Under the pieces are notes generated by a model that was given only the letters and a program-made list of their open reading frames with translations, made no database searches and had not been told where the DNA came from. The position numbers and the translations under genes were made by a program. A stretch of DNA of 64,000 nucleotides, taken from Asterias rubens. Taxonomy: Eukaryota. This document shows positions 26,099 through 37,740 of the stretch, one piece after another (position 1 is the stretch's first letter; every line of letters starts with the position of its first letter). The DNA lies in contig NC_047062.1 of assembly GCF_902459465.1 (NCBI RefSeq), positions 3,906,001-3,970,000 of the forward strand, read 5' to 3'.

Positions 26099-26770
26099 CC
26101 TAATTATTCTATTAACATCATGTGGAGGATTATGTACATTTTATCATTTTATGCAAACTAATCAATATTTGTCCATAACCAGAAAATACACTTAAAAGAT
26201 TTTTGCCAAGTCGATGTTCTCTGCCAATTTTTGAAATTATTTTCTCGATGACAACTTTCAAATCCCTTTCAGGTGTGCAGGAAATCCTAAAGAATGGCCT
26301 TCTTTTTTGTCTACGGTCAATAAAAATTGATAAAAAAGACATAGAATAAAAATTTAAAAAACAATACAAAAACAGACCTTCAGATTGAAAAAAAATAAAA
26401 ATGGATGGACATACAAAGCTAAACAAACTTTTAAAAAACTTTAAAAAACCTGTAAGTTATTCAATTAATTAAAAATGGAACTGAAAAACACCAAAATCTA
26501 TGCTTCTTTAGATCTGGTTTCCAACGTGCGTGAGAAATAACACTGCCATATAGATCTTCTAGCCATTTCCTTAAAAAATTCCACTTCTCAAAATCCCTTT
26601 TGTTTCAATAACCGCCCACTATAATAATCGCCATACATGGGTTTCAAACTGGGTGAGACAGGCTTCACATAGAATTGTTAAATAATCCCACTATATCGAT
26701 ACCCAATCCATCACTTTGTAAGAGCCCTTTTGTTTAATGAAAAACGCCCACTATAATAAGTGCAATACAT

Positions 26771-28675
26771 GGGTTTCCAACTGGACAAGAAGGGGCTTCA
26801 CACAGAATCGTCAGGTTATCCCACTACCCGATACCCAATCTTGGTGAGACGGGCTTCACATAGAATCCTCAGGTTATCCCACTACCCGATACCCAACTGG
26901 GCGAGAGAGAGAGGGGCTTCACATAGAATCGTCAGGTTATTCCACTATACCGATACCCAACTGGGCGAGAGAGAGAGGGGCTTCACATAGAATCGTCAGG
27001 TTATTCTACTATACCGATACCCAACTGGGCGAGAGAGAGGGGCTTCACATAGAATCGTCAGGTTATCCCACTACCCGATACCCAACTGGGCGAGAGAGAG
27101 AGGGGCTTCACATAGAATCGTCAGGTTATTCCACTATACCGATACCCAACTGGGCGAGAGAGAGGGGCTTCACATAGAATCGTCAGGTTATCCCACTACC
27201 CGATACCCAACTGGGCGAGAGAGAGGGGCTTCACACAGAATCGTCAGGTTATTCCACTATACCGATACCCAATCTTGGTGAGACGGGCTTCACATAGAAT
27301 CTTCAGGTTATCCCACTACCCGATACCCAATCTTGGTTAGAAGGGCTTCACATAGAATCGTCAGGTTATCCCACTACCCGATACCCAATCTTGGTTAGAC
27401 GGGCTTCACATAGAATCCTCAGGTTATCCGACTACCCGATACCCAACTGGGCGAGAGAGAGAGGGGCTTTCACATAGAATCGTCAGGTTATTCTACTATA
27501 ACGATACCCAACTGGGCGAGAGAGAGAGAGGGGCTTCACATAGAATCGTCAGGTTATTCTACTATACCGATACCCAACTGGGCGAGAGAGAGAGGGGCTT
27601 CACATAGAATCGTCAGATTATCCCACTACCCGATACCCAACTGGGCGAGAGAGAGGGGCTTCACACAGAATCGTCAGGTTATTCCACTTTACCGATACCC
27701 AATCTTGGTGAGACGGGCTTCACATAGAATCTTCAGGTTGTCCCACTACCCGATACCCAATCTTGGTTAGAAGGGCTCATATAGAATCGTCAGGTTATCC
27801 CACTACCCGATACCCAACTGGGCGAGAGAGAGAGGGGCTTTCACATAGAATCGTCAGGCTATCCCACTACCCGATACCCAATCTTGGTGAGACGGGCTTC
27901 ACATAGAATCGTCAGGTTATCCCACTACCTGATACCCAACTGGGCGAGAGAGAGGGGCTTCACATAGAATCGTAAGGTTATTCCACTATACCGATACCCA
28001 ACTGGACGAGAGAGAGAGAGGGGCTTCACATAGAATAGTCAGGTTATCCCACTACCCGATACCCAACTGGGCGAGAGAGAGGGGCTTCACACAGAATCGT
28101 CAGGTTATTCCACTATACCGATACCCAATCTTGGTGAGACGTGCTTCACATAGAATCGTCAGGTTATCCCACTACCCGATACCCAATCTTGGTTAGACAG
28201 GCTTCACACAGAATCCTCAGGTTATCCGACTACCCGATACCCAACTGGGCGAGAGAGAGAGGGGCTTCACATAGAATCGTCAGGTTATTCCACTATACCG
28301 ATACCCAACTGGGCGAGAGAAAGAGGGGCTTCGCATAGAATCGTCAGGTTATTCTACTATACCGATACCCAACTGGGCGAGAGAGAGGGGCTTCACATAG
28401 AATCGTCAGGTTATTCCACTATACCGATACCCAATCTTGGTGAGACGGACTTCACATAGAATCGTCAGGTTATCCCACTACCCGATACCCAACTGGGCGA
28501 GAGAGAGGGGCTTCACATAGAATCGTCAGGTTATCCCACTACCCGATACCCAACTGGGCGAGAGAGAGGGGCTTCACACAGAATCGTCAGGTTATTCCAC
28601 TATACCAATACCCAATCTTGGTGAGACGTGCTTCACATAGAATTGTCAGGTTATCCCATTTGCCGGACACCCAAT
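26771..28675. repeat. Minisatellite, ~53-62 bp unit, roughly 30-35 copies, with interspersed variants
   Basis: Core gggcttcacatagaatcgtcaggttatcccactacccgatacccaa followed by either ctgggc(ga)n or tcttggtgagac/tcttggttaga. Confidence 0.95.
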
Positions 28676-29024
28676 CCAGAAAACCATTTTATTTCATGTA
28701 ATGTCACCTGCGCCCTCTGGGCATAAAAAGGCTCACTCTTAAATTGCAGTGTCTTCATGCAGGTGTGGGACCCTCATTCAATGTAACCTATATTCAATAG
28801 CTTACAGTAGGGAGGTGCCATAACACTGTGGCATTCTCCTTCTCTGTGATTGTCCGAGAATTGAGATGAGGTATGGATGAAATTCCAGAGAGAGAGAGGG
28901 GGGGGGGGAATTTTCTTATAACTTGATGATGGGATGTTGATAATAATAATAACAACAAATAACTAGTTTGTATTAAGTACATTTTTAAAATACCATATCA
29001 ATACCGGCTTTCAGAAGTGCCCAG

Positions 29025-29210
29025 GGTCCAATTTCATAAAGCTGCTTAGCAGACGCGAGCTACTGCTTGACAAATTTATTTGCTTAGCAAATATTGAGTA
29101 GAGCACCAATGAAAACTTAGTGTCATTTGGGCGTGTCACCTGATTCTGCTAAGCAATACTATTACGTGCTAAGCAAGTTTTTGTGGTTACAGGCTCCATG
29201 AAATTGGGCC
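29025..29210. mobile_element. PIF/Harbinger-type MITE
   Basis: TIR ggtccaatttca / tgaaattgggcc, flanked by CAG / CTG (CWG). Confidence 0.75.
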
Positions 29211-30312
29211 CTGGTCATTGGGCCGATAACATTCCTGTAATCTGCCTCAGCTCCCTGGGGAGCATAGAGCCACAGGCGCTGCTAAGGCTTTTTCAAAATT
29301 GTTTTCAATTGATGCCGAACAATATTCAAAGCGTAATTTTTTTGGCACTAAACCATGATTAAGTTTGTAAACTATTTTCCATTTAGGATTAATCACTGTT
29401 CCTACAATAGCCTACAATGTCGGTAATATAACTAGGGTAAAACAAAAGCACGAAAAAAGAAAAAAGAAACACTATATCTTTAATCTAAGGCTATAGGCTG
29501 GTTGTATAACACTTTGGAAGCACAGAATCCAGCTGCACTGTCATGTTTACCCATTTCTACTGAGGTGACTCCGTTCTTGGATGCAAGACATAACGGCAGC
29601 TGAATCCATCACCTAACATCATTAACCACTCTCTGGACTTTCAAGAAAATGCGCAATTATGCCCAGAAATATTTTTAGAATTGGACAAGTGGAAAATAGA
29701 AAGAAAAAAACGCAGTTCTGGATGTTTTTGACTGACGTCTTTTGAAATGTATGAAATACTTTTTTTATACTTTGGGGCGGTAGAGCTTTGATCACCTGCC
29801 TTGGCAGTAGAGTGAAGATAACGGGAATGACGTCACGTTGAAGATGGTTGTTTAATACTGTCACTAAATCTTATGTATCTTTATCCTTAAAGCGAGGAAT
29901 GTTAACAAAACAAATCCAAACTCAAAGAGGGATGATGTCTGTATGGTAATATAGCGCAAGGTATTCCCCTCTACCACTGGTATCAAAATAGCTTATCCAA
30001 GTGGAGGGACAGTAAAATGTATAGTGACATTCCTTCTTGATATAATTTCCTCTTTGAAGAAATTTTTTTGTCAAAATTGTATTTATTTCCAATCAATAAG
30101 CCTAAAAGGTGTAGTTGGTACTGATACTATGAAATCTGGGAACTATTGTGGCCAGAAATGCTGTCAGCTTTAAGACAGTAATAATTGGGTGCAATTCTAC
30201 TAGGCCGAATAAAAAAAAAAAACATGTTTAGCGTCCCTGCCCACTTCCTTTTTAGAGGCCGCCTCCTTTTTTATTTTATTTTTTATTTTTATGCACATAT
30301 ATATATATATAT

Positions 30313-30981
30313 AATGAATAGGGTAGATGGCCTTAGCTTTCGATCCAATCCGGACCTTCTTCAGAGGCATAAAACAAGTACAAACAAATACATATCCATT
30401 TATAGAAAAAAAGAGGGGGAAAGGGATTAAGGAAAGGATCCAGAAAGAAGCGGGAAAATAACAGCCAATCAAAGTTCCTATTTCAGAAACAATATTGGTG
30501 GCTATGAACCAATAGGAGTGAAGTGGCGAGGACAAAGGATGTTTAGAATGAAAGGAAGGGTTACTGGACCATAAAAGTGGTAAATGTATTGTTCGACAAC
30601 AATGCAGGGAGACATGAAAGGGTAGGATTAGAGAGCAAGTTGCATCATGATGCAACTAACAATGGTCAATTAATAAGAATAGCAAGATCAAAGGTATGAT
30701 GATTTTAAAAATAAGTATGAGGGACCTGTGGAGAAAAAGGGGGGGTTACTTATATCAGATAGTTACAGTGATGAATTTATAAAAACAACTTTAAACTAGG
30801 TTAATTTATACTTTATGTACAAAATATATACAACATATAAGTTCTTAGGCAGAAGTGAAGTGGAGGGTAATGAGAAGTTATTTAACACCAGTGTTTATGT
30901 TAAGTCCAAAGGGTTTGACTGTCTTGAGTTGGTGAATCCAGTGTGATTCTCTATTCTTGCGGTGTGTGTCATCACCATTGC
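30313..30981 (-). mobile_element. Penelope-like element 3' fragment (pLTR-sized), copy 1
   Basis: Contains a GIY-YIG C-terminal peptide, 3' UTR and hammerhead; flanked by (AT)8 at 30297-30312 and 30983-30998; ~98% identical (by eye) to 39430-40100. Confidence 0.88.
30327..30370 (-). ncRNA. Minimal type I hammerhead ribozyme (dimer-type), copy 1
   Basis: Minus strand AUGCCU-CUGAAGA-A-GGUCC-GGAUU-GGAUC-GAA-AGCU-A|AGG(C)CAU: stem I, core, stem II and palindromic stem III AGCU. Predicted cleavage between 30334 and 30333. Confidence 0.85.
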
Positions 30982-30982
30982 A
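30878..30982 (-). pseudogene. C-terminal fragment of a Penelope-like GIY-YIG endonuclease
   Basis: CNGDDTHRKNRESHWIHQLKTVKPFGLNINTGVK*, matching the R..RE..WI..L.T..P.GLN motif of PLE endonucleases. Confidence 0.85.
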
Positions 30983-31005
30983 ATATATATATATATATTA
31001 AAAAA

Positions 31006-34000
31006 TGGCTTCTGACAGGCACCCCCGAACAAAGATATTGACAAAATTGGGAGACCACCAACATAGGGCTAGATAGCTCAGTTGGTAGAGCGCCGGCACG
31101 TTAAACCGGAGGTCGTTGGTTCAAATCCCGCTCTAGTCAATTTTCTTTGTTCAATCCAAAATCATTTAAAAAAAATGTTCCCAGTCAGTTTCCCTTGTGG
31201 TTTATTATTTGATATCTGATATAAAAAAGTCGCATCCCCTTAAGGTGATCCCCTGTCTGCCGCTTCCCAGGTTGTATCGTTACCCGGGTGTGATCCCTGG
31301 CTACACGGCAGTTTGCGGTTTAATGGCTTCTGACAGGCACCCCCGAACAAAGATATTGACAAAATTGGGAGACCACCAACATAGGGCTAGATAGCTCAGT
31401 TGGTAGAGCGCCGGCACGTTAAACCGGAGGTCGTTGGTTCAAATCCCGCTCTAGTCAATTTTCTTTGTTCAATCCAAAATCATTTAAAAAAAATGTTCCC
31501 AGTCAGTTTCCCTTGTGGTTTATTATTTGATATCTGATATAAAAAAGTCGCATCCCCTTAAGGTGATCCCCTGTCTGCCGCTTCCCAGGTTGTATCGTTA
31601 CCCGGGTGTGATCCCTGGCTACACGGCAGTTTGCGGTTTAATGGCTTCTGACAGGCACCCCCGAACAAAGATATTGACAAAATTGGGAGACCACCAACAT
31701 AGGGCTAGATAGCTCAGTTGGTAGAGCGCCGGCACGTTAAACCGGAGGTCGTTGGTTCAAATCCCGCTCTAGTCAATTTTCTTTGTTCAATCCAAAATCA
31801 TTTAAAAAAAATGTTCCCAGTCAGTTTCCCTTGTGGTTTATTATTTGATATCTGATATAAAAAAGTCGCATCCCCTTAAGGTGATCCCCTGTCTGCCGCT
31901 TCCCAGGTTGTATCGTTACCCGGGTGTGATCCCTGGCTACACGGCAGTTTGCGGTTTAATGGCTTCTGACAGGCACCCCCGAACAAAGATATTGACAAAA
32001 TTGGGAGACCACCAACATAGGGCTAGATAGCTCAGTTGGTAGAGCGCCGGCACGTTAAACCGGAGGTCGTTGGTTCAAATCCCGCTCTAGTCAATTTTCT
32101 TTGTTCAATCCAAAATCATTTAAAAAAAATGTTCCCAGTCAGTTTCCCTTGTGGTTTATTATTTGATATCTGATATAAAAAAGTCGCATCCCCTTAAGGT
32201 GATCCCCTGTCTGCCGCTTCCCAGGTTGTATCGTTACCCGGGTGTGATCCCTGGCTACACGGCAGTTTGCGGTTTAATGGCTTCTGACAGGCACCCCCGA
32301 ACAAAGATATTGACAAAATTGGGAGACCACCAACATAGGGCTAGATAGCTCAGTTGGTAGAGCGCCGGCACGTTAAACCGGAGGTCGTTGGTTCAAATCC
32401 CGCTCTAGTCAATTTTCTTTGTTCAATCCAAAATCATTTAAAAAAAATGTTCCCAGTCAGTTTCCCTTGTGGTTTATTATTTGATATCTGATATAAAAAA
32501 GTCGCATCCCCTTAAGGTGATCCCCTGTCTGCCGCTTCCCAGGTTGTATCGTTACCCGGGTGTGATCCCTGGCTACACGGCAGTTTGCGGTTTAATGGCT
32601 TCTGACAGGCACCCCCGAACAAAGATATTGACAAAATTGGGAGACCACCAACATAGGGCTAGATAGCTCAGTTGGTAGAGCGCCGGCACGTTAAACCGGA
32701 GGTCGTTGGTTCAAATCCCGCTCTAGTCAATTTTCTTTGTTCAATCCAAAATCATTTAAAAAAAATGTTCCCAGTCAGTTTCCCTTGTGGTTTATTATTT
32801 GATATCTGATATAAAAAAGTCGCATCCCCTTAAGGTGATCCCCTGTCTGCCGCTTCCCAGGTTGTATCGTTACCCGGGTGTGATCCCTGGCTACACGGCA
32901 GTTTGCGGTTTAATGGCTTCTGACAGGCACCCCCGAACAAAGATATTGACAAAATTGGGAGACCACCAACATAGGGCTAGATAGCTCAGTTGGTAGAGCG
33001 CCGGCACGTTAAACCGGAGGTCGTTGGTTCAAATCCCGCTCTAGTCAATTTTCTTTGTTCAATCCAAAATCATTTAAAAAAAATGTTCCCAGTCAGTTTC
33101 CCTTGTGGTTTATTATTTGATATCTGATATAAAAAAGTCGCATCCCCTTAAGGTGATCCCCTGTCTGCCGCTTCCCAGGTTGTATCGTTACCCGGGTGTG
33201 ATCCCTGGCTACACGGCAGTTTGCGGTTTAATGGCTTCTGACAGGCACCCCCGAACAAAGATATTGACAAAATTGGGAGACCACCAACATAGGGCTAGAT
33301 AGCTCAGTTGGTAGAGCGCCGGCACGTTAAACCGGAGGTCGTTGGTTCAAATCCCGCTCTAGTCAATTTTCTTTGTTCAATCCAAAATCATTTAAAAAAA
33401 ATGTTCCCAGTCAGTTTCCCTTGTGGTTTATTATTTGATATCTGATATAAAAAAGTCGCATCCCCTTAAGGTGATCCCCTGTCTGCCGCTTCCCAGGTTG
33501 TATCGTTACCCGGGTGTGATCCCTGGCTACACGGCAGTTTGCGGTTTAATGGCTTCTGACAGGCACCCCCGAACAAAGATATTGACAAAATTGGGAGACC
33601 ACCAACATAGGGCTAGATAGCTCAGTTGGTAGAGCGCCGGCACGTTAAACCGGAGGTCGTTGGTTCAAATCCCGCTCTAGTCAATTTTCTTTGTTCAATC
33701 CAAAATCATTTAAAAAAAATGTTCCCAGTCAGTTTCCCTTGTGGTTTATTATTTGATATCTGATATAAAAAAGTCGCATCCCCTTAAGGTGATCCCCTGT
33801 CTGCCGCTTCCCAGGTTGTATCGTTACCCGGGTGTGATCCCTGGCTACACGGCAGTTTGCGGTTTAATGGCTTCTGACAGGCACCCCCGAACAAAGATAT
33901 TGACAAAATTGGGAGACCACCAACATAGGGCTAGATAGCTCAGTTGGTAGAGCGCCGGCACGTTAAACCGGAGGTCGTTGGTTCAAATCCCGCTCTAGTC

Positions 34001-34713
34001 AATTTTCTTTGTTCAATCCAAAATCATTTAAAAAAAATGTTCCCAGTCAGTTTCCCTTGTGGTTTATTATTTGATATCTGATATAAAAAAGTCGCATCCC
34101 CTTAAGGTGATCCCCTGTCTGCCGCTTCCCAGGTTGTATCGTTACCCGGGTGTGATCCCTGGCTACACGGCAGTTTGCGGTTTAATGGCTTCTGACAGGC
34201 ACCCCCGAACAAAGATATTGACAAAATTGGGAGACCACCAACATAGGGCTAGATAGCTCAGTTGGTAGAGCGCCGGCACGTTAAACCGGAGGTCGTTGGT
34301 TCAAATCCCGCTCTAGTCAATTTTCTTTGTTCAATCCAAAATCATTTAAAAAAAATGTTCCCAGTCAGTTTCCCTTGTGGTTTATTATTTGATATCTGAT
34401 ATAAAAAAGTCGCATCCCCTTAAGGTGATCCCCTGTCTGCCGCTTCCCAGGTTGTATCGTTACCCGGGTGTGATCCCTGGCTACACGGCAGTTTGCGGTT
34501 TAATGGCTTCTGACAGGCACCCCCGAACAAAGATATTGACAAAATTGGGAGACCACCAACATAGGGCTAGATAGCTCAGTTGGTAGAGCGCCGGCACGTT
34601 AAACCGGAGGTCGTTGGTTCAAATCCCGCTCTAGTCAATTTTCTTTGTTCAATCCAAAATCATTTAAAAAAAATGTTCCCAGTCAGTTTCCCTTGTGGTT
34701 TATTATTTGATAT
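31006..34713 (+). repeat. Tandem array of a 318-bp tRNA-containing unit (11 full copies + 210 bp; family T1)
   Basis: Unit starts tggcttctgacagg at 31006+318k (k=0-11); no differences seen between copies; flanked by tatatatatattaaaaaa at 30988-31005 and 34714-34731. Confidence 0.97.
31067..31139 (+). ncRNA. tRNA-like cloverleaf, 73 nt, nominal GTT anticodon, probably non-decoding; 12 copies at +318-bp intervals (last 34565-34637)
   Basis: Acceptor GGCTAGA/TCTAGTC, D arm GCTC/GAGC, A box TAGCTCAGTTGG, B box GGTTCAAATCC, TTTT 2 nt downstream. Atypical A32/C33, C31-A39 and T51-C63 mismatches. Confidence 0.8.
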
Positions 34714-35854
34714 TATATATATATTAAAAAAAATATAAAAAAATTATTATTTTAATTTTATGAAAAAGGGTTATTTTAAATGATCTCAGCTAAAACAATC
34801 TGCATGTCTTGTCTGAATGTCTTTACCAAAATGTTTTATTTATGTATTGTGTGTTTGAGCAGTAGAAAAAAAAATGGATATTTGACATCTTAAAAAGAAT
34901 AAAAAGCCCCTCCTCCTTCCTTTTTTGAGAAACCCGGACACTAAACATGTTTCTTTTTTTACTCGGCCCTACTCTTGCAAAGGTGGCACAACAAATGAAG
35001 CATGAAATTGGGCAACTATGAATTGTTTTCCGCCTGATAAATTTTCCTTACTAACAAAGAGTTAAAAGCTGACGCAAGATCACAACTAAAGATACCATTA
35101 TCCCATCATGCAAACCTATGACCGCAATAACTTCAGCTATTCATTCCTCCCTTCACATATTTATGTCCCTCTGATAACTGTTATTCTACATAGTAGCTGC
35201 TAGCATTTTCTCATCGTTTGGCTCATGAACTTTGGACCGCCATCATGTACTTTATCCTTGCCACTATCCTGGAACAGTCACATCTGACTGTTAGGTGTAT
35301 TGACAGAACTAGTACACTCTCACTGAATAAACACACTTGCAATGGACAAACCCTGTGTCAAATCCTCAGCATGTCACACGTAAGAGGCCACCTATAGCAA
35401 GGCATTAAATCTACCTCCCTTAGTTCCCCTTACAGCAATTTTTGGAATACCTTTTGCTCTGATAATTTACCTTTTTTCAGTGGGGGGGTGTCCAATAGAT
35501 CGGTAATGACGTCATGAGCACTGCATTTGTTTTTGTATATGAACTCTAAATAAACTTGAGGTCCGTGTGTTTTGTTTTCTTAAGGAACACATGCAGGATC
35601 AAACTGTGAATGCATTAACATTTGTGGCTTAATTTATATACCTAGAGGCCTTCATAAAATGATGCAAGAAGGATGCCTTTCTGGATTTTGATGGGGAGTG
35701 GCAAGGGGGAGGGGGGCAAAACCTAATATGGCTCTGCTCCAACCCCAACCCAAACTTGTGAACACTGCATCATTACGTTGGTTTTCCTCCTTACAAAATA
35801 CACACCATCTAAACAAGGCTAGAAGCACCTTCGGGGATACATTTTCGTTCACAC

Positions 35855-36148
35855 TTAAAGGCAGTGGGCACTGTTGGTCATGAGTCAAAATAATTTTTAG
35901 CAGAAAACCTTAATTGATAATGAGTAATGGGGAGAGGTTGATAGTATGAAACATTGTGAGAAACGGCTCCCTCTGAAGTTACATAGTTTTTGAGAAAGAA
36001 GTAATTTTTCATGAATTTGATTTTCGAGACCTCAAGTTTAGAATTTGATGTCTAGAAATCAAGCATCTAAAAAAGCACACAACACCAAGCATACACCAAG
36101 TGAGAAGACTGGTCTTTGACAATTACCAATAGTGTCCACTGTCTTTAT
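35855..36148. mobile_element. Family A MITE with internal deletion
   Basis: ttaaaggcagtgggcactgttggt ... aattaccaatagtgtccactgtcttta; the segment between gcacacaac and accaagtgag is missing. Confidence 0.85.
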
Positions 36149-36667
36149 AATTACACATAATAATAGTTCAATGAGTCTCGTGCACATTTTATGGTCAGTT
36201 GTTGTTTCATGACAACAAAAAATGAGATTTTTGTATTATTCTGAAGTGTTGGTCATCAGCCGTCCATCATTTAAATTGTGTGATACAACAAAATATGTCT
36301 AGCAGTTTAGAAATATCACCATTTGCGCTCAGTTTGTTTCGGCAGTCACAGAAGGATAAACAGGTCATTGGAAAAATACTCCATATAAATCCTGCCCCAC
36401 AAATCCACACTTTCTCACAAAAATACACTTATTACCAAACGGTGTAATATCCATCTAAATCATCCCACAACAGATACAAATACCAAACAGTCTAAACCTT
36501 TTGTAGAACACTTCCCTTCTGCAAATTCATCCTCTCACTATGATGTCAGTAGTTCTCACTAACCCAGCATGGTTTACATTCATGGCCAAAATGATTACCA
36601 TAATTGCAGATTCACATTTTATTGACGAAGGGTGAATAAATCTAGTAATGTTTAATACTGCAAAGAC

Positions 36668-36742
36668 TTCTTGCAAACAAATTGCATTCTTACGTGTGCA
36701 CTTAACTTCTTGCAAACAAATTGCAGTCTAACGTGTGCACTT
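36668..36742. repeat. 39-bp tandem duplication
   Basis: ttcttgcaaacaaattgca(t/g)tct(t/a)acgtgtgcactt twice. Confidence 0.8.
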
Positions 36743-36987
36743 TGCATGTACAAACCTACACGACCTTCAATTAAAAAACAATTTATTCCGTAATTAGCTT
36801 TTATTTTATTTTATGGGAATGCGCATAATTGATCTATGGTGATCACCACAGTTTGATCTATTTTAAGATTTGCTAAAACAAAATTAGAATGTAATCAATT
36901 AATTAAAATAACCTACATGAATTTGGGGTGTAAATATCTTTTTAATTATTGTTTTAAAAATGTAAAGATGTACATATGACAGACCAC

Positions 36988-37130
36988 GGCTCATTGTGGA
37001 CCAGTGGTTAGACTGCGGGACTTGGAATCACAAGGTTGTGGGTTCGAATTCTACCACACTAACCGCTGATTTCACAATGACTAGAATAAGAATCGTAGTC
37101 TTTACTGAATCACAATTTCTTGATTTAAAT
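36988..37130 (+). mobile_element. tRNA-derived SINE-like sequence (3' boundary uncertain)
   Basis: A box tggaccagtggtta, B box ggttcgaattc. Confidence 0.6.
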
Positions 37131-37302
37131 TCATAGTCATAGACTTTGAACCAATTTTGTATAAGAGAGATGGGCTATAACTAGCCCTGGCGGCCTTACA
37201 CTTTCGTATTATACTACAGTGACGTCCTGGATATCAGGGTCCATTTCTGGGACAGAAAATTTTCAAAGCGTCATAACTCAAGTCTTACCTGCAAGAAACC
37301 AG

Positions 37303-37740
37303 TAATTTCAACAGATTCACATTCCATGGCAGCATATATTTTTCTGCGGTGGGTTTTGGTCGTCATATATTCTTCACAAATCCGTCACTTTCATGAAATA
37401 ATGCAGCTCCCAACATTAAGAAATTCCCATTTTTGTGTGGACTCTCACAGTCTGCCGTGTGTACACAAGACGCAAGACGCGCAAATATTGCGTTGCGTTT
37501 GTGTGTTAAGGCTGTGCAGTCAAGATACGGTGACCAAGAATTCGTGCGTCTTGCATATTGCGTCTTGCACACGAATGTATATGCGTACGCACAGCAGCAA
37601 ATAACACTGTGAGAAAACGATCAAAACTGTTGGGAGCCGCATTATTTCATGAAAATTAAGGATTTGTGAAGAATATATGACGACCAAAACCCACCGCATA
37701 AAAATGTATGCCGCCATGGAATGTGAATCTGTTGAAATTA
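37303..37740. mobile_element. Foldback element with 113-bp inverted arms
   Basis: 37303-37415 (taatttcaacagattcacattccatggc...ctcccaaca) is the near-perfect reverse complement of 37628-37740. Confidence 0.85.

Noticed and set aside
30200-30655. 151-aa and 114-aa (39428-39772) minus-strand ORFs
   Set aside because: They lie in the PLE 3' UTR across the hammerhead; low-complexity, with no protein motif.
31006-31323. Self-cleaving ribozyme within the 318-bp unit
   Set aside because: No CUGANGA...GAAA core on either strand. GC-rich stems (ctgccg/cggcag, ccagg/cctgg) did not fit twister or HDV consensus by eye; an Infernal search would be needed to exclude this fully.
31197-34574. Eleven identical 65-aa ORFs (MVYYLISDIKK...)
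   Set aside because: GTG start, a by-product of the 318-bp periodicity, no recognisable domain, and the frame is not preserved in the diverged monomer at 44975-45265.
31067-34637. Functional tRNA-Asn(GTT) gene cluster
   Set aside because: Lacks U33, has anticodon- and T-stem mismatches, and the body resembles tRNA-Lys-type SINE heads; treated as tRNA-like.
26771-34713. CRISPR-like appearance of the minisatellite and the 318-bp array
   Set aside because: No unique spacers, no cas genes, eukaryotic context.
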